A stretch of 44,924 nt of DNA, from the NCBI GenBank assembly GCA_013115125.1, contig JABANN010000267.1, forward strand, positions 1 to 44,924, in the 5' to 3' direction. A program made the position numbers and the translations under genes. Under the pieces are notes generated by a model. The model was given only the letters and a program-made list of their open reading frames with translations, did no database searches and had not been told where the DNA came from. The stretch is from Perkinsus olseni. Lineage: Eukaryota. Every line of letters starts with the position of its first letter. The stretch's first letter is position 1. Shown piece after piece: positions 1-12,099 of this stretch.

Positions 1-773
1 TCCTAATCACATCAAACCACAGCTAGAGGTTTCCCCCACAAGAAATCGTTCCGCATTTCTCTACGATGGAAATCTCTGTTGCCGGACCCGCCCAGAGTGC
101 CCTTAGCTTTACTGGCGTCGTCTGATGCTGCCATACTCTTAGTCAAACGGCAACCCTACGTTGTGGATTCCCTCATCGTCCTCGAGTCCCGTGCGATTTT
201 TTTCGTGAGACTGATAAATTATCAGTGTGGCAGTATTATCATTGATAATACTGCCACACTATCAGCGGAGTTGATACATGATAGTTATCTATGAGGATCC
301 TGCGAAACGTATTTGCTATCTAAGTTCCACGAAATACTTGGAGCCTCGGCGTGGCACTTGTAAGGGTCTCCACAGATAGGCTAGTTTATGCTACTCGTGA
401 TACACAACTAGTTGAACTAGCTGAGGGTCTAGGTAGGGTCAAGCTGCTTGACGACTTCAAAGAACCTTCCATTTTGAACCCATTCTAGACATTCTATTCT
501 ACATCCATTCTAAACCTCGAATTATCCGTACTGAAAGGAGTGGAAGTCATAATGGCTCCAGTTCCTGCAAGTTCAGGGTCCGCTTCAGATCCCGATTCAC
601 GCTTTCAGTATCCGCTCCCTGCCGGCCCTACACGACGTATCGGAGTGCGATGAACCTTACGCTCTTAGTAACTTTAACTGCTAGTTCAACGGGTCATTTT
701 CTAGCGCAAGGCTTCGTCGTAAGGGGCCACCCTCCCGAGGCAGTCTACAAATGGATTCCGAATTGTCAAGCAT

Positions 774-855
774 GGAGAACTATGGGAGTCGAACCCACGC
801 GAGTCTGGTCCAGTGGATATTAAGTCCACCCCCTTAACCACTCGGGCAAACACTC
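774..855 (-). pseudogene. Degenerate tRNA-Leu(TAA)
   Basis: Reverse complement reads GAGTGTT TG CCCGAGTGGTTAAGGG G GTGGA CTTAATA TCCAC, long variable arm, GTGGG TTCGACT CCCAT AGTTCTC. Type II cloverleaf with anticodon TAA, but the acceptor stem has a T-T mismatch and position 37 is T. Confidence 0.6.
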
Positions 856-1149
856 TCTCAACGTCTCTCCGACTGAGACACTTTGCGACGGATGGACGTG
901 GACTTACGTGAGCAACAGCGAGTAATATCTGCTCGACTTCGAAATTTCCAATCGTCGGGGACAATTTTGGGCGAGCGAGATTTAAATGCGCTGTCGCACC
1001 GAAATTGAAATATTGAAATTTCTCTTACGGCGCGTCTGAGCTAGTTCTGAAACTGAACCATACATCGGCTCTGTAGTTGAGTTTTACGGTGCTAAAATGA
1101 GTGCAAAATCTCAGAATTGGTTTATCAAACACTCCTTGGCAAGTCTTGG

Positions 1150-2500
1150 CTCTTTCGACGACTTCCACTAACAATGGATCCGAGTTTCGATCACAGTCAT
1201 CCTCTTCAGACTCATAGTCCTCCCCAGGGTGCTCCTCTCTTTATACCCTCCTGCCGTTGCCATAGTGGAGGGCCTTGTCAAGCGTCGCCCTGAGTGTTGG
1301 CAATGGTGATGTCACCAGACGTTGGGGACGTTTTCGCCTTCTCCACGAGCTCTCGGCGATGGGCATCGTGATCTGATATCGATCCGCGTGCTTCTAGTAA
1401 TACATAGTTGGCGCTTATAGATGCCGTCTAGCCGGGAAGACATTGACCTCTTCTATGACAAGCTCAGTGAGAGTGTCCAGTGAGAGCTGCTTCAAGGTTC
1501 AGGACTGACCCCGGGACTCCTTTGAAAAGTCAATCCCAAAGTTCAGAGCCAGTTGGCGGGCCAACACCAATTCCTTCTCGTTGATGTTTCACGAGCCTAG
1601 AAATGTTGTGTTGCTTCAGTCTGTCAGCTACTGCGAAACGGTGATTCACAAGACCCGTTCTGAATCTCACAGTACTTGGTCAGAATGTCAGAGGTGCCCT
1701 TCGAGCCCGTTAACCGTCCCTACGCCCCGATGTTCGACATGATACCGACGGGTGGCGGATCGGTATCAGCTAGCAGCTCGGTATCCTCCTCCGACTTATA
1801 CACAGGGGGTACTCTGGACAGTAGTATTGACAACCCCACTAGACGACTGTGGCAGAGCTCGGATTCGACAGGACTCGGGGGAGCCTTTCAAAGGGTAGTG
1901 GTAGCAAGACTTCTCAATGGTTCAAAGTTGGTTAAGGAAGCGGTTCGTGGTGGTGTATGAAAGCGTGGTCGGAACGATGCGGTAAACAGAGCGCATGGGA
2001 ACAGAACGGTTTTTCTAGGCGCACACGTCTCCTGATGGGTATAAACGCTTACTGACTGATTGAGTAGCAGTGGTAGTAATGGTAGTTGACCTGCAGGAGC
2101 GTCGGCGAGTTAGTGTTGGGAAAATGCGGATTTTAGTACATGGTCCAATACCAATATGCTTAGTTTCAATGAGGGTAGAACTTCGATTGTCAAAGACTGC
2201 CAGACGGTTGCGGAGACTTGGAGGGGAGGTTGGGTTTAGATTACTAGGAGTTCCGGAAAAGCTGGTATCGAATTGCATCATCGTGTGTTATGAATGGAAT
2301 TTCTTTGGCATACGTATCTTCCCGGTTGTCGCTGTTCAGGTGAGCGACATCGAAAAGTTCTTGGCCGCCGTGTATAATTATTATCGTGGTGGTGGTTTCT
2401 ACGGTATCTTAGGCTACACCATGTAATAAACAGGTTCCAGTCTTAGTTCGTCGTGGGCACTTAAACGCCATGGTCATTCTCGTGAAGTAGTGTCAGACGT
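1150..2500 (-). mobile_element. Decayed non-LTR retrotransposon remnant (APE endonuclease/linker region)
   Basis: Minus-strand motif relics: RSDHAF (APE SDH motif, ~1961-1980) upstream of SRLDGIY (resembles the SPGxDG motif before RT, ~1417-1440). No intact ORF; boundaries approximate. Confidence 0.35.
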
Positions 2501-5500
2501 CGGAGCGCGCTGTTTCGGAGTTGGGCGAGCAGCCCCGCCTAGGTTTGAGATTTTCTGATGTGGTTTCTCAGAGGTAACCTGCTTGCGGTCCTGTTCACCA
2601 TCACCTTTGCTTTCACGCTCACCTTCCTGGTGGATTGGAGCTCGCTGTTATCATGTAGTATGGCGAGAAGGGTGTCACTCTGCTTGGGTTCTCGCAGTTC
2701 GGTAGTGTCAATTGGTTGGTGGTTGGCGGTTGGTGGTTTGGCGGATTGGTTAACCTTCTCGACTCATCATCGGTTGGTCGTGGGATCGAGTCGTGCTATC
2801 GCTATTTTTTCATTGACGTCAATCCTCAGTAAGGTGTACACGTAGGTACCAGCCCTGAGACTTGTGCCAACGCTCATCTCTTCAAAAGCAACCCACTGGC
2901 TGGCCTGAGCTTCGTCAGGTTCGTCTTTCTCATGTAATAATTGACGGTTGAGGGGCCCTCAATGAGGACACCCACTAGGAGTTGAGAATTGACGGTTGAA
3001 GGCACCCACTGGGAGTTGAGGCAAACGAGGCTGTCGTCTTCAAGGAGGCGAGGGGCGTTTCCGTGATGTCACAGGAATTCTGACATCTTCGTACTTTTCA
3101 AGAGGGTTCGACAGGGTCGAAGTTAAAAGGGCTCGGGAATGCTCAAAGATGTAACTAAATTCGTTTCGGAGAGGTTGAGTACGGCTAGAATTGACACGGA
3201 CACTTTCCACGCGGAATCTAATCTTCCCTGGTCTGTGCTCAGATCATTCCTAGTGACCCTTGCCTTCTGGGGCCTGGCCGCAGCGGGAGCGTTCATGACC
3301 ATTCGAGAGGCTAGAGACGCGGCATTCTACTACCAGGATTATCTGGGGGTAGTAGTGGGGGCTGTGTTGTAGCGTGATGGGAGGACGGGTTGCACTGATC
3401 AGCCCTTCGCACTTCAACATGAAAAATAATAGGACGAAACTTCCCTCTTAAGATACAGTGTACGAAAGAAATGCGACATAGTGAGGTCACTATGCCGCAG
3501 TGTGGGCCTCGGCTGGGGTTTGAGGCAGCGCCTAGGAACCTACTCGGTGCTTTGATAGTTGAATCGCTATTCTCGCCCCAACAATTGGCATAGGGGCCTT
3601 ATTTTCGTTGCATGTTGCATTTCTCCGCAACGATCTTTTTGACGAGAAATGCCGGGTCGGGGATTCCAGCTGTGGAACTGACTAGTGCTCTGGATGCTTC
3701 AGTGATTACTGAACTATGTTTTTTTCTGAAATATCTTCGCCAAGGGAGCTCAGCCACTCCGTCTCAAAGGTCTTTTCGTCCATTCTTCGCTGTGCGCGCT
3801 TAGATACCCCTCGATTCGGACAAGGTATCTTTCTCTCCGCTACAAGCAGTATCTTGGGCGGAGGTCGCCAGAAGACTCGTGCGACTCCAGAATGGTCCGA
3901 GTCGGCCCGAGGACGCTGCACTGGATGAATCTTGGACGGGCCAGCAAACCTGGTGTATGTTGCAGGTAATAGGAGGTCACAGTCACTGCGCAAAATTTTC
4001 CGGAATTTCGAAAAAAGACTGAGAAGAAGTTTTCGGGCTCATCGCCACAAATCGAGGTTCGGGTTCGCTAGAAGTGAAGGTGAAATGATGTCGGATAACT
4101 TGCCGCGTTTGAGGGTGTGGATGAAAATTTTGTGTAGTATCTCTCGAGGAAGAAAATTTTTTTTTTGGAATTTGAAAATATTATTTTCTAATTTCAAGTC
4201 CTAATGTAATGTTGATATTCCGAAAATCATGCGTTGAAGTCCGAACGACGCTCGCGCTCTGGCCGAGTGGCATGCCTCGACTGTGGAAGCTGACAGGCAC
4301 GTATATCGATGGTTGAGATGACGAACCTTCTCATGAGGAATTCATCATACGCGTTGCTCCTGCAGGGTGAGGAGTCACCACTCCTCCAGATGGTAATAGG
4401 TAGGGTGAATGCGGAAAATATTCTCGTGAAGATCGGATACTGAATTGACGGTTTGTGAGAGTATGTACTTTCTTCTTGAAGTGGGCATAGTTGTAAGTAG
4501 ATGGGCCTCTACCTCAGATAGAAAGTAGAGTAGTTGAGAGTTAGTTATGCGAAGCCAGTATGAGTGCAGCTCGATTGTGTTATGTAGACAGTGCGAGTGT
4601 ATTAGGTAGGGCAAATATTCGCTCGTTTGGGGCGTGTTCTGATCACCGTCGCATTTTCCTCACGCTGACGCTTGTCCTGTGTTGCTGCCATGTGGCTCTG
4701 ACTTTCAAGGACCGGAAAAATTTGGGGTTTTTGAGAATCACCGTTTGGGTCCTATCTTCTTTGTTGCTTTTCAGATCCCTGCGTGGGTTCCTCTGTCCTC
4801 TCATTTCGTTGCGTCCAATGCTGTGAATTGGATAATAAAGACTTTGATCTTGCCGTGCCTGTTGGACGAGGTGGGACGACGCTGTTCGTTTTCTGCTGAT
4901 ATTATTCCATCGGATTTTCTTCCGGTTTTTTCCTTCATGAGGGACGGACAATTTTTGAGAACGAGACCAAATCGAAGCGGGAATTACCAGAGTTACTAAT
5001 TTTATCGCTTAATTACCGTAATTATTGAAAATTGTAATGGCCTAATTCGATTCGCTAGCGAGGGAATGGGGGCCCGATGGATAACCTAGTTAAACTCGTG
5101 ACTTTCCGTTAGTCTACTCCGGGTCCCCGAAATCGTAGGTATTCGCTAGAGATGAGTACTTCTTGGTGGATTTATGTCCTTCGAAGTTCCATTGTCTCTC
5201 TTCTTTCTCAGCACTCAAAGCAGCTGTTTCCCGAGATAACAACAGAGGAGTTCGCCAGAGGTTTTCGGAAGCGACTTCGCCTGTGGGGTTTGGTGGCCTT
5301 CGCAACCTTGGTGCCTGTCCTGATGATGAGCTTCTTGTTCACCTGGCTCAAGTAAGAACCGTCGCAATCTCGGGGTTGGAATAAGACCTTAAAGCGTCAG
5401 AGTGTTATCCTCGTTGGCGGGAATATCCATTTATTGACCTGGCATTAATAATTCAAGGTTGATACTTCATAAATGCGTCAGAAGTACCTGATACACTGCA

Positions 5501-6675
5501 AGTATTACATAATTCTGCTTATGTGTCGAACGTACGGTATGAACCGCTACAAAAGTCTTAAGAGAGAGATCCCAACAACTTTCAATCATCATAGCGGCAC
5601 AAGGCTAATGATGAGATCATCATTTCCCTCTATATACCTCTACCGAATACTTACACTGGCATATCATATAAATATCTTTACTGTATCTGTAGATGAGTCT
5701 CATCTTACAAGATAGGGTACACATTCAACGATCTACAGAATGGTATGTGGGGTGAATACCCCAGCCATTGGTGCCAGTCTTCTCCCTTCCTGGCGGACCT
5801 ATATTCCTGAATATTTTGGATTTTTTGCTTCGAAACTCTGAAAGGATCGCAAATGAAGTCGTGTTTTTCTCTAGATACACAGACGACTTTCGGAGCGCTC
5901 GAGCTAGTCCCTTGCAACGAGAATGGACTAATGTGGCCAAGTACCACACTCGTGAGGTGAGCAGGTTCTTTCTGGAGGCGAAAAAGTATTCTAAGGAAAC
6001 TATCTGATGGAGTAGACCAGTCCGTATCCGTCCGTAGGAGTGCGTCGACGTCGGGTCATGAATATAGGGAAAGGAAGATTACCGATCGGGCCAGCGTTAT
6101 CAATATAACGAATGCTTCCGATCTTGTCTTTGCCACTCTATATTTGAGGTTCGCTGATTGGCATCCTCTCGTTTTGACGAAGAAACCTTCGGTGTCAAGG
6201 CATCGCTGTGAGCCATGCTCCTGCTTTTGGTAGTTTCTCGAGTTGCCGCATTTGCATCGCTCTCGGTTGAACTCGGCGCTGTTGCCAAGGGGAGGCGGTA
6301 GCGTTACGGAGACCTTCGTGAATATGAGTTGGGGAACGACTCCTATCGAAGGGGCCTCGAGGAGGTACGCAATCGTATCGTAATTTTCTTGGGAGGAACC
6401 TGTGAAATCGTCTTTCACAGGTGTCTGAAGGGAGTGATTTTTTGGGATTAAATGCCCGACCAATAAATTGATACTAGTATTCGATACAGCTCACCGTGGG
6501 GAGTGATAATATACCGCTATCTACGTTGTAACTCACAGGGTTAGCGACTTATTTCACATCTGGGGTTTAACCCATTTTTCGTGCTATGACCTCATATGCC
6601 CAGCCCTCTCAACTCTGCAAAGATCGCAAAATGAAACGATAATCAACTCAAGCACGAACATACACGATAATTAGA

Positions 6676-7323
6676 TTACTCCGAAGAGTCACTCTCGCTA
6701 CTGGACGCGGCTCCTTCCGCATCATTCGAGAAATCACCAGACCCCCAGGTGTCCGCGGATGCGCGATCGTCTTCATCCTCGGCTGCCTGCGAGAGACTAG
6801 TCGGCGATGGATTGGTAGCTTCGACAGTCATATCCCTCCGGTCAGCGGAATCCCACTCAAGGCTCCAGTTGTAGGCAACCATGCAGTCGACGAGCCGCTG
6901 GGGGAAGATATCACGATCAGGGTTCACCTTGAATCTGAGGTTCCAAACTCGCTGGACTCTGGCATGCATTGCTTCCCCAGATTGCTCTGATGACAAGCCG
7001 AGTCCTGCGTTAGGAACTGATTCATATTCATCGAGGTACTCCTCGATATGATCGGAAACAATGTGAGCCTTCAACGACCAAGATAAACCAGCTCTATCCC
7101 ATGCGGCCCTGAATTCTGCGATGGACTCCCGCCAACCATCCCGTAGTTCAAGACCAAAGCAGTGATCCTTGACGGATTTGAAGGCCTTCATAGTCGTCAC
7201 CGCAGGAGCAGCCCTGGCGCTGAAAGGAATCTGGTTCTCGGCAACAGCATCCAGCAAGCGGGAGCATGCATTCCCTTCCAGGGCTCCCTGAAAATAGGTA
7301 GACCGTCGTATCCCATGCTTCAC
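6676..7323 (-). CDS. Chapaev transposase, C-terminal part (out of frame with the N-terminal part)
   Basis: Motifs YFQGALEGNACSRLL, KAHIVSDH and GLGLSSEQSGEAMH (catalytic Glu region of Chapaev/Transib/CACTA-type transposases); acidic tail. Confidence 0.8.
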   Translation of the reverse strand: MKHGIRRSTYFQGALEGNACSRLLDAVAENQIPFSARAAPAVTTMKAFKSVKDHCFGLELRDGWRESIAEFRAAWDRAGLSWSLKAHIVSDHIEEYLDEYESVPNAGLGLSSEQSGEAMHARVQRVWNLRFKVNPDRDIFPQRLVDCMVAYNWSLEWDSADRRDMTVEATNPSPTSLSQAAEDEDDRASADTWGSGDFSNDAEGAASSSESDSSE

Positions 7324-8645
7324 CAGCGCTCGGCAATGTCGTTTGTAGATGGACCGTTCACCCTCACCGTTCTGTGCTTGAAGACCTCGGACAGGTTGTG
7401 GTAGGTCTCACTGGCTTGCCCCATCCTAATTAGGAAATTCCGCAGGACGCTATTAGGTTTGGGCACATATCTTGAGCCAGGAGCCATGGTCGCTACGTTT
7501 ATAGATACCTTGAGGAACTGCTGACCACCGTCAAGCTGGAACTTGAGCCTCGTTATACGGCCAGCCTCACCAGCAGTAACCGTATTCAACAACGAGTTGA
7601 CGTCAGTACAGAACCCGAAAGGCGTTAGACATGGTGACGATTGCCTATCCTCCTGCAAGTTCAAGGTCTCGGCAGCGAACACAGGACCGAAAACTACCCA
7701 CTTCTCATCAAGAGCACGCTGTAGACCGCCTTCAGGGAAAAATACACCCTGACCACGTAGGATACGGCACATCTCCTTGGCACTGCTCTTTCCGAGACCC
7801 AGGTGACCGAGACGAAGGAGGTCACGAACTGCATCTGCGGTTAGCTCGACCTTCTTGTCCGTCGTAGCTTTATAGGGTACCGCGGTGAGCTCGAGTCCAA
7901 GGGCGTGATGCGCATCAACAGACACGCCGGTTCTGACCGGGCCGCTCGGAGAGGAACTCGAGGAGCTACTCGAAGCGAGGAACTTCTCTTTCAAGTTCAC
8001 CCGGAGCATTTCATCTGTGTAACCCCTAGTGTCAACCCGCTCGGAGAAATTCCGGCCTGCAACACCTGAGCTTCTTGGTCGTTTTTTCACACCATCGCAT
8101 GTACTGAGGTCGTGTTCGCTGTCCATATACTGCCCGCATTTAGAGCACATGGGCCGAGGAGGTGACTGTTGTAGAGGCCGGCCTTTCTGTTGTGCAGCGG
8201 AATGATTCTTCTGTAGAGTGTTGGACTTTTTCTCTGCGTAAATACAGCACACCTTGCAGCGATTCTCGGCCGAGCATATGACAGTGCCCCTAGTTTTAAC
8301 CGGCTCGTAGTGCCAGAAGGTTCCGCTCACGTAAAACCTTTTGTGCTCCTCCCACTCGGCCTGCTCATGCTCGTTGTCACGTAAACGGCACAGACGCCTC
8401 TTACAACCGTCGCATAAGACCTTCGGTAGACGAGTATTAGTGAGCTCATCCTTGAAGTCGATCTTGTAGAACCGGGTAGCCAGGGTACACATGGCCTCGC
8501 TTGGCGGAGGCGCTCTCAATTGGCCTTTGCGTAGGGTCACTCGATAAGCACAGAAGCGACAGACACGGTAGAGCCTGTCGTTATGGAATGAGTCGGTTAA
8601 GTCCGAAACCTCTCTCGGGATTTGGAGCCACGTGGACGCAGGCAT
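7320..8645 (-). CDS. Chapaev transposase, N-terminal part
   Basis: 441 aa ORF with H-x7-CRFC ... D ... PKVLCDGC (Chapa/RAG1-N-like Zn finger), further CxxC motifs, and LDGGQQFLKVSIN carrying the first catalytic Asp. Confidence 0.8.
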   Translation of the reverse strand: MPASTWLQIPREVSDLTDSFHNDRLYRVCRFCAYRVTLRKGQLRAPPPSEAMCTLATRFYKIDFKDELTNTRLPKVLCDGCKRRLCRLRDNEHEQAEWEEHKRFYVSGTFWHYEPVKTRGTVICSAENRCKVCCIYAEKKSNTLQKNHSAAQQKGRPLQQSPPRPMCSKCGQYMDSEHDLSTCDGVKKRPRSSGVAGRNFSERVDTRGYTDEMLRVNLKEKFLASSSSSSSSPSGPVRTGVSVDAHHALGLELTAVPYKATTDKKVELTADAVRDLLRLGHLGLGKSSAKEMCRILRGQGVFFPEGGLQRALDEKWVVFGPVFAAETLNLQEDRQSSPCLTPFGFCTDVNSLLNTVTAGEAGRITRLKFQLDGGQQFLKVSINVATMAPGSRYVPKPNSVLRNFLIRMGQASETYHNLSEVFKHRTVRVNGPSTNDIAERW

Positions 8646-9329
8646 ATAGACGCTATCGGGCTGGGTAAAAGACCAATATGACTCGAGATTAATACGTTTG
8701 CAGGGTGGTGCTTATGCACTGCTTGTCCTCTGTCACAGAGGCTCTGTGTCCTTCACTTACATGAACTACTATTCCTATACAAGTGAGGTGAGGGAGGGTG
8801 CTTCAGCGCGCGACGCGCGCTACAGCCATAAAAGTGGGGTGGTGCAATAATTCGGTTCCGCTGTGGGTTACAACGTAGATCTCTATATATTATTACTCCA
8901 CGCGGTGCGATCTATCGAATGACATGAACTAATACGTCGGGCATTTAGTCCCAAAAAATCACTCCCTTCAGACACCTGTGCTTTCGCTATTCTTTTTTTG
9001 CATCTGCAGCCGCTGCAGATACGAATAGATGGAAAGAAACCGCTGATGAGATTTTTCATCCCCTTTGAGTGCCAGCGAGCATTAAGATTGGACGCGTCAA
9101 GAGCATCTTGAACATTAGTGGAGAGGCATGTGTTTCTTTCGACGGATGTACTGAGAATAACCGATGCAAGAGTGTATCAGGCTGATACACTCTTGCATCG
9201 GTTATTGTCAGCAGCTGATACTATCAGCTGTATTGGTTGGGTATGCGTAGCTGATGATGATGATGAGTGAGAGATTTTGATTTATCTCGGTGCTCGGCAT
9301 TGCTCACCCGTTTACGGTGGCGGAGAAAA

Positions 9330-9790
9330 ACTATGACGTCTTTCCTCCTGATGAGCTTCCTCGACGTGGTGCGCGTGCGATATGATCTGCCGACAATGCG
9401 GATTGGATGGTCTTCCGGTGCGTGCGAGCAGCGCCGTCAGCCGATCTCTTCATTTTCTCCCCTCCTCGAGGCATGAGGGGGTTGGCTCGAACTGGTTGAC
9501 ACCTACGGAGTGGTTGGGATGGTTGCCTTGGTGGAGTTGTCTGAGCTGTAATCGAGAAGTAATCCATGAGGTTCCTGAGGTTTGAGGGACTGGATGCTAC
9601 AAGCTTGGCGGAGAAGATCTTCACAGGTTTTGAGGTCATGGGCATGGATCGCGCAAGATGCTGGGCCAGGTATACGACGGTGCCACTGTAATGAGCGGGT
9701 GTAGCAACGGCGTCCACACAAAGTTACAAGAGTTGGAGCGTAGAGCGAGATACATTCACTGCTGCGCACACAGCCTCAAACTCGTGATGA
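9330..9790 (+). pseudogene. hAT transposase fragment (ZMYM1/DUF4371-like)
   Basis: Frameshifted GLDATSLAEKIF ... GQVYDGATVMSGCSNGV ... YIHCCAHSLKL, the classic hAT second-Asp and CxxH motifs. Confidence 0.8.
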
Positions 9791-12099
9791 TGGACCCGGA
9801 GAGGGGTCGAACAGGCTCCCTAGGCTCTTGGGCATTTGAACCTCGCGATTTAAATAATTTCGGTTGCAGTGTGGCTGACCTGTAAGTGGTACTCCAAGTG
9901 ATCCCTCAGTATGCTACCCCAGATGGAGGAATATGATGCTGATATGCTAGACCACACCGAGTCGGTGAATGATAACGGCCGGTCTGGCAGGGTCCAACTC
10001 TGCAGATATTAAAACAGGCATCTCAGCGAGCCTTGTCCGCTATTGGCGATCACAGTTTCTGGGATGATGAAACCGATCAAGTTGCGTTGTTGTTGTCGTT
10101 TACGCAGTTTTAAATCTTGGTTGCACGGTTGGAATAATTCTCAATTTTTTTCAACATTTCGCTTGTGGTGGACATAATTCGGCAGCTGTCGTCAGTGATC
10201 CTCATTTCGTCTCCCTTGCCAGGTTGATCAAATACGTCTGCGGCAGCATCGCGGGGGCTCTGTTTGCTCTTGCCCTGTGGGACGACTCACCGCTACTCCA
10301 CGTTGTTTTCGCAGGGAAAAATCTTCTCTGGTAAGACCCGTCTTGCCCTGCGTGTTCCTGACCTCTTCTCCACTCAGGTATCTTGCCGTTTCGGGCGCTT
10401 TGGTGTCTCTAGTGAGTCGCTCAGGGGATGATGAAGGCCGTGGTCAGACAGCAGATGGTGAGTGATGCTTCGCTCCGCTTTGATCGGAATATCTTGAAAT
10501 TTCGTGCCTGCCGTTCGTACGAATTTTCATTGCGGTTTTCTCGGCGCGCAAAAACATCACGAGCTTCGCATTTTTCTCTGCGTATCTTCCTGAGTACGAT
10601 TCCTTATTTTTTCAACCGTTCTTGAGTTTTATTCCATTCACCATAAGCTCATTCGAGCTACTTTTACGAGAACATTAACCGTACAGTTGCTTGACGGGAC
10701 TTCGATATTGCAAGTTGCTGCTATCATATCTGAGTACCATGGGAAGGTGCGTCGAAGTCAGCGCTCAGCTCGGAAGCATCGCCGCAAGTCTCACCGACCA
10801 GCAACCGTCGAGGAGTATCAAGCCCGGGTCGGAGAGCGAATTCTGGGTAGATCAGAATCTCGGAGATGAGATTCGACATCAGACGATCAGGCCCCATGGG
10901 TTATCTGAGAGTGCGGCAGTTTTGTCTTCATCGTCGCCAACTCCTCTAACTGCATGGGCGGCTACTATGAAGCTGCTGCAAACGGTGGGCTGTTTTTTTG
11001 TAGGATCTGAGGTTGATGCCGGGAATTTTCAGATACACTATTTACCGAAAATGACGACTTCGAGCCCACTCGGGTTCACTGTGCCGACGGATGAGTTTTC
11101 GGTAGCTCAGGGAGCTTTTATAACCTCTCTCTGGCGCTTAAAACTTCAGTATTGCTCTCTATAGAGAATGAGAGAAGATATTGATACTTGGAGAATCTCC
11201 AATGGAGATACTCCTCTGTGAGCTAGGTCTATCTGTTATCTGAGCAGCTAGATCTCGTTCTTAGTCCAGTTGTCTAGTTGTTCATCCATGGATTGATTTT
11301 AACATTAAACCAGCATCAGAATCATCACCATTCTTATATCAATTGCTGGACGAATCTCATCCATCGTCCACGACTAGCCTTCAGAAGGCGCCTGGACGTA
11401 ACTGAGGCTCCTCCACAAACTCACATCTCTCCACTGCATTGGTCGCAAAGCTTCCGTTGCTTGTGAAGGTTCGTAATCTGGCAATATCTTTTTCTCCGTG
11501 ATTCCCTCAGTCCAACCCAAGATGCCGTTTCGATTTCCTCGATAATTTCGAGCGGTGCAAGGCAGCGTTCCTCTCAGCATTCTACGTTGATCGGATACGC
11601 ATCATCCTCTTTGAGCTGTGAGCGCGGCTGGCGCTTCGCTCCGTCGTGATCGAGATTCGGGCATTCGTCAGGTATAGCATTATGCTCTGCCCCTTCCTGC
11701 TCAGTATATGGCTACCGGACTCAGTGGAGCATCTGGTAGGGAAGGCGAACTGCGAGAGCCGGGACAGTTTGTATGCCATTTTGGAATTGATTGAAATGGC
11801 GAGCGAGAATTGCATTACGGCGGGCTGTCAGGTTCAATTCGTGGTTGAGAATTCGTACGAGCACCCGACGCTGGGCCACTGGTGCGTTTACGGCTGCCTG
11901 GATGAGAGTAAGCTTGGTGCGCTTTACGTTCCTGATCTTTTCATGAATTTTCCCCTGACTTCGAGATGGAGAGCGTGAAAGCTCTCACGTCTTTGTGGAC
12001 GATCGTAGTGTGTTAGCGAGAGTCATTCACTTGTATATCGATCAACCGTTTCACCGCTTCGCCAAAACGTCCGCCGCGCCTGGAGTTGGTTGCTGTGTT

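Larger units (their letters stand above)
6416..8980 (-). mobile_element. Chapaev-type (CMC superfamily) DNA transposon, internally deleted
   Basis: Imperfect TIRs of ~120 bp starting CACAGGTGTCTGAAGGGAGTG (first 45 bp match 44/45); 4-bp TSD CTTT at 6412-6415 and 8981-8984; internal transposase ORFs. Confidence 0.9.

Noticed and set aside
3990-4210. A/T-tract-rich segments (also ~960-1130, 10470-10680, 20070-20330, 41550-41960, 42640-42950) as one repeat family
   Set aside because: Similar composition, but I could not align them or find termini by eye.
5335-5356. TGGCTCAAG followed by TAAG as a perkinsid/dinoflagellate spliced-leader gene
   Set aside because: Only the last 9 nt match; the CCGTAGCCAT 5' part is missing.
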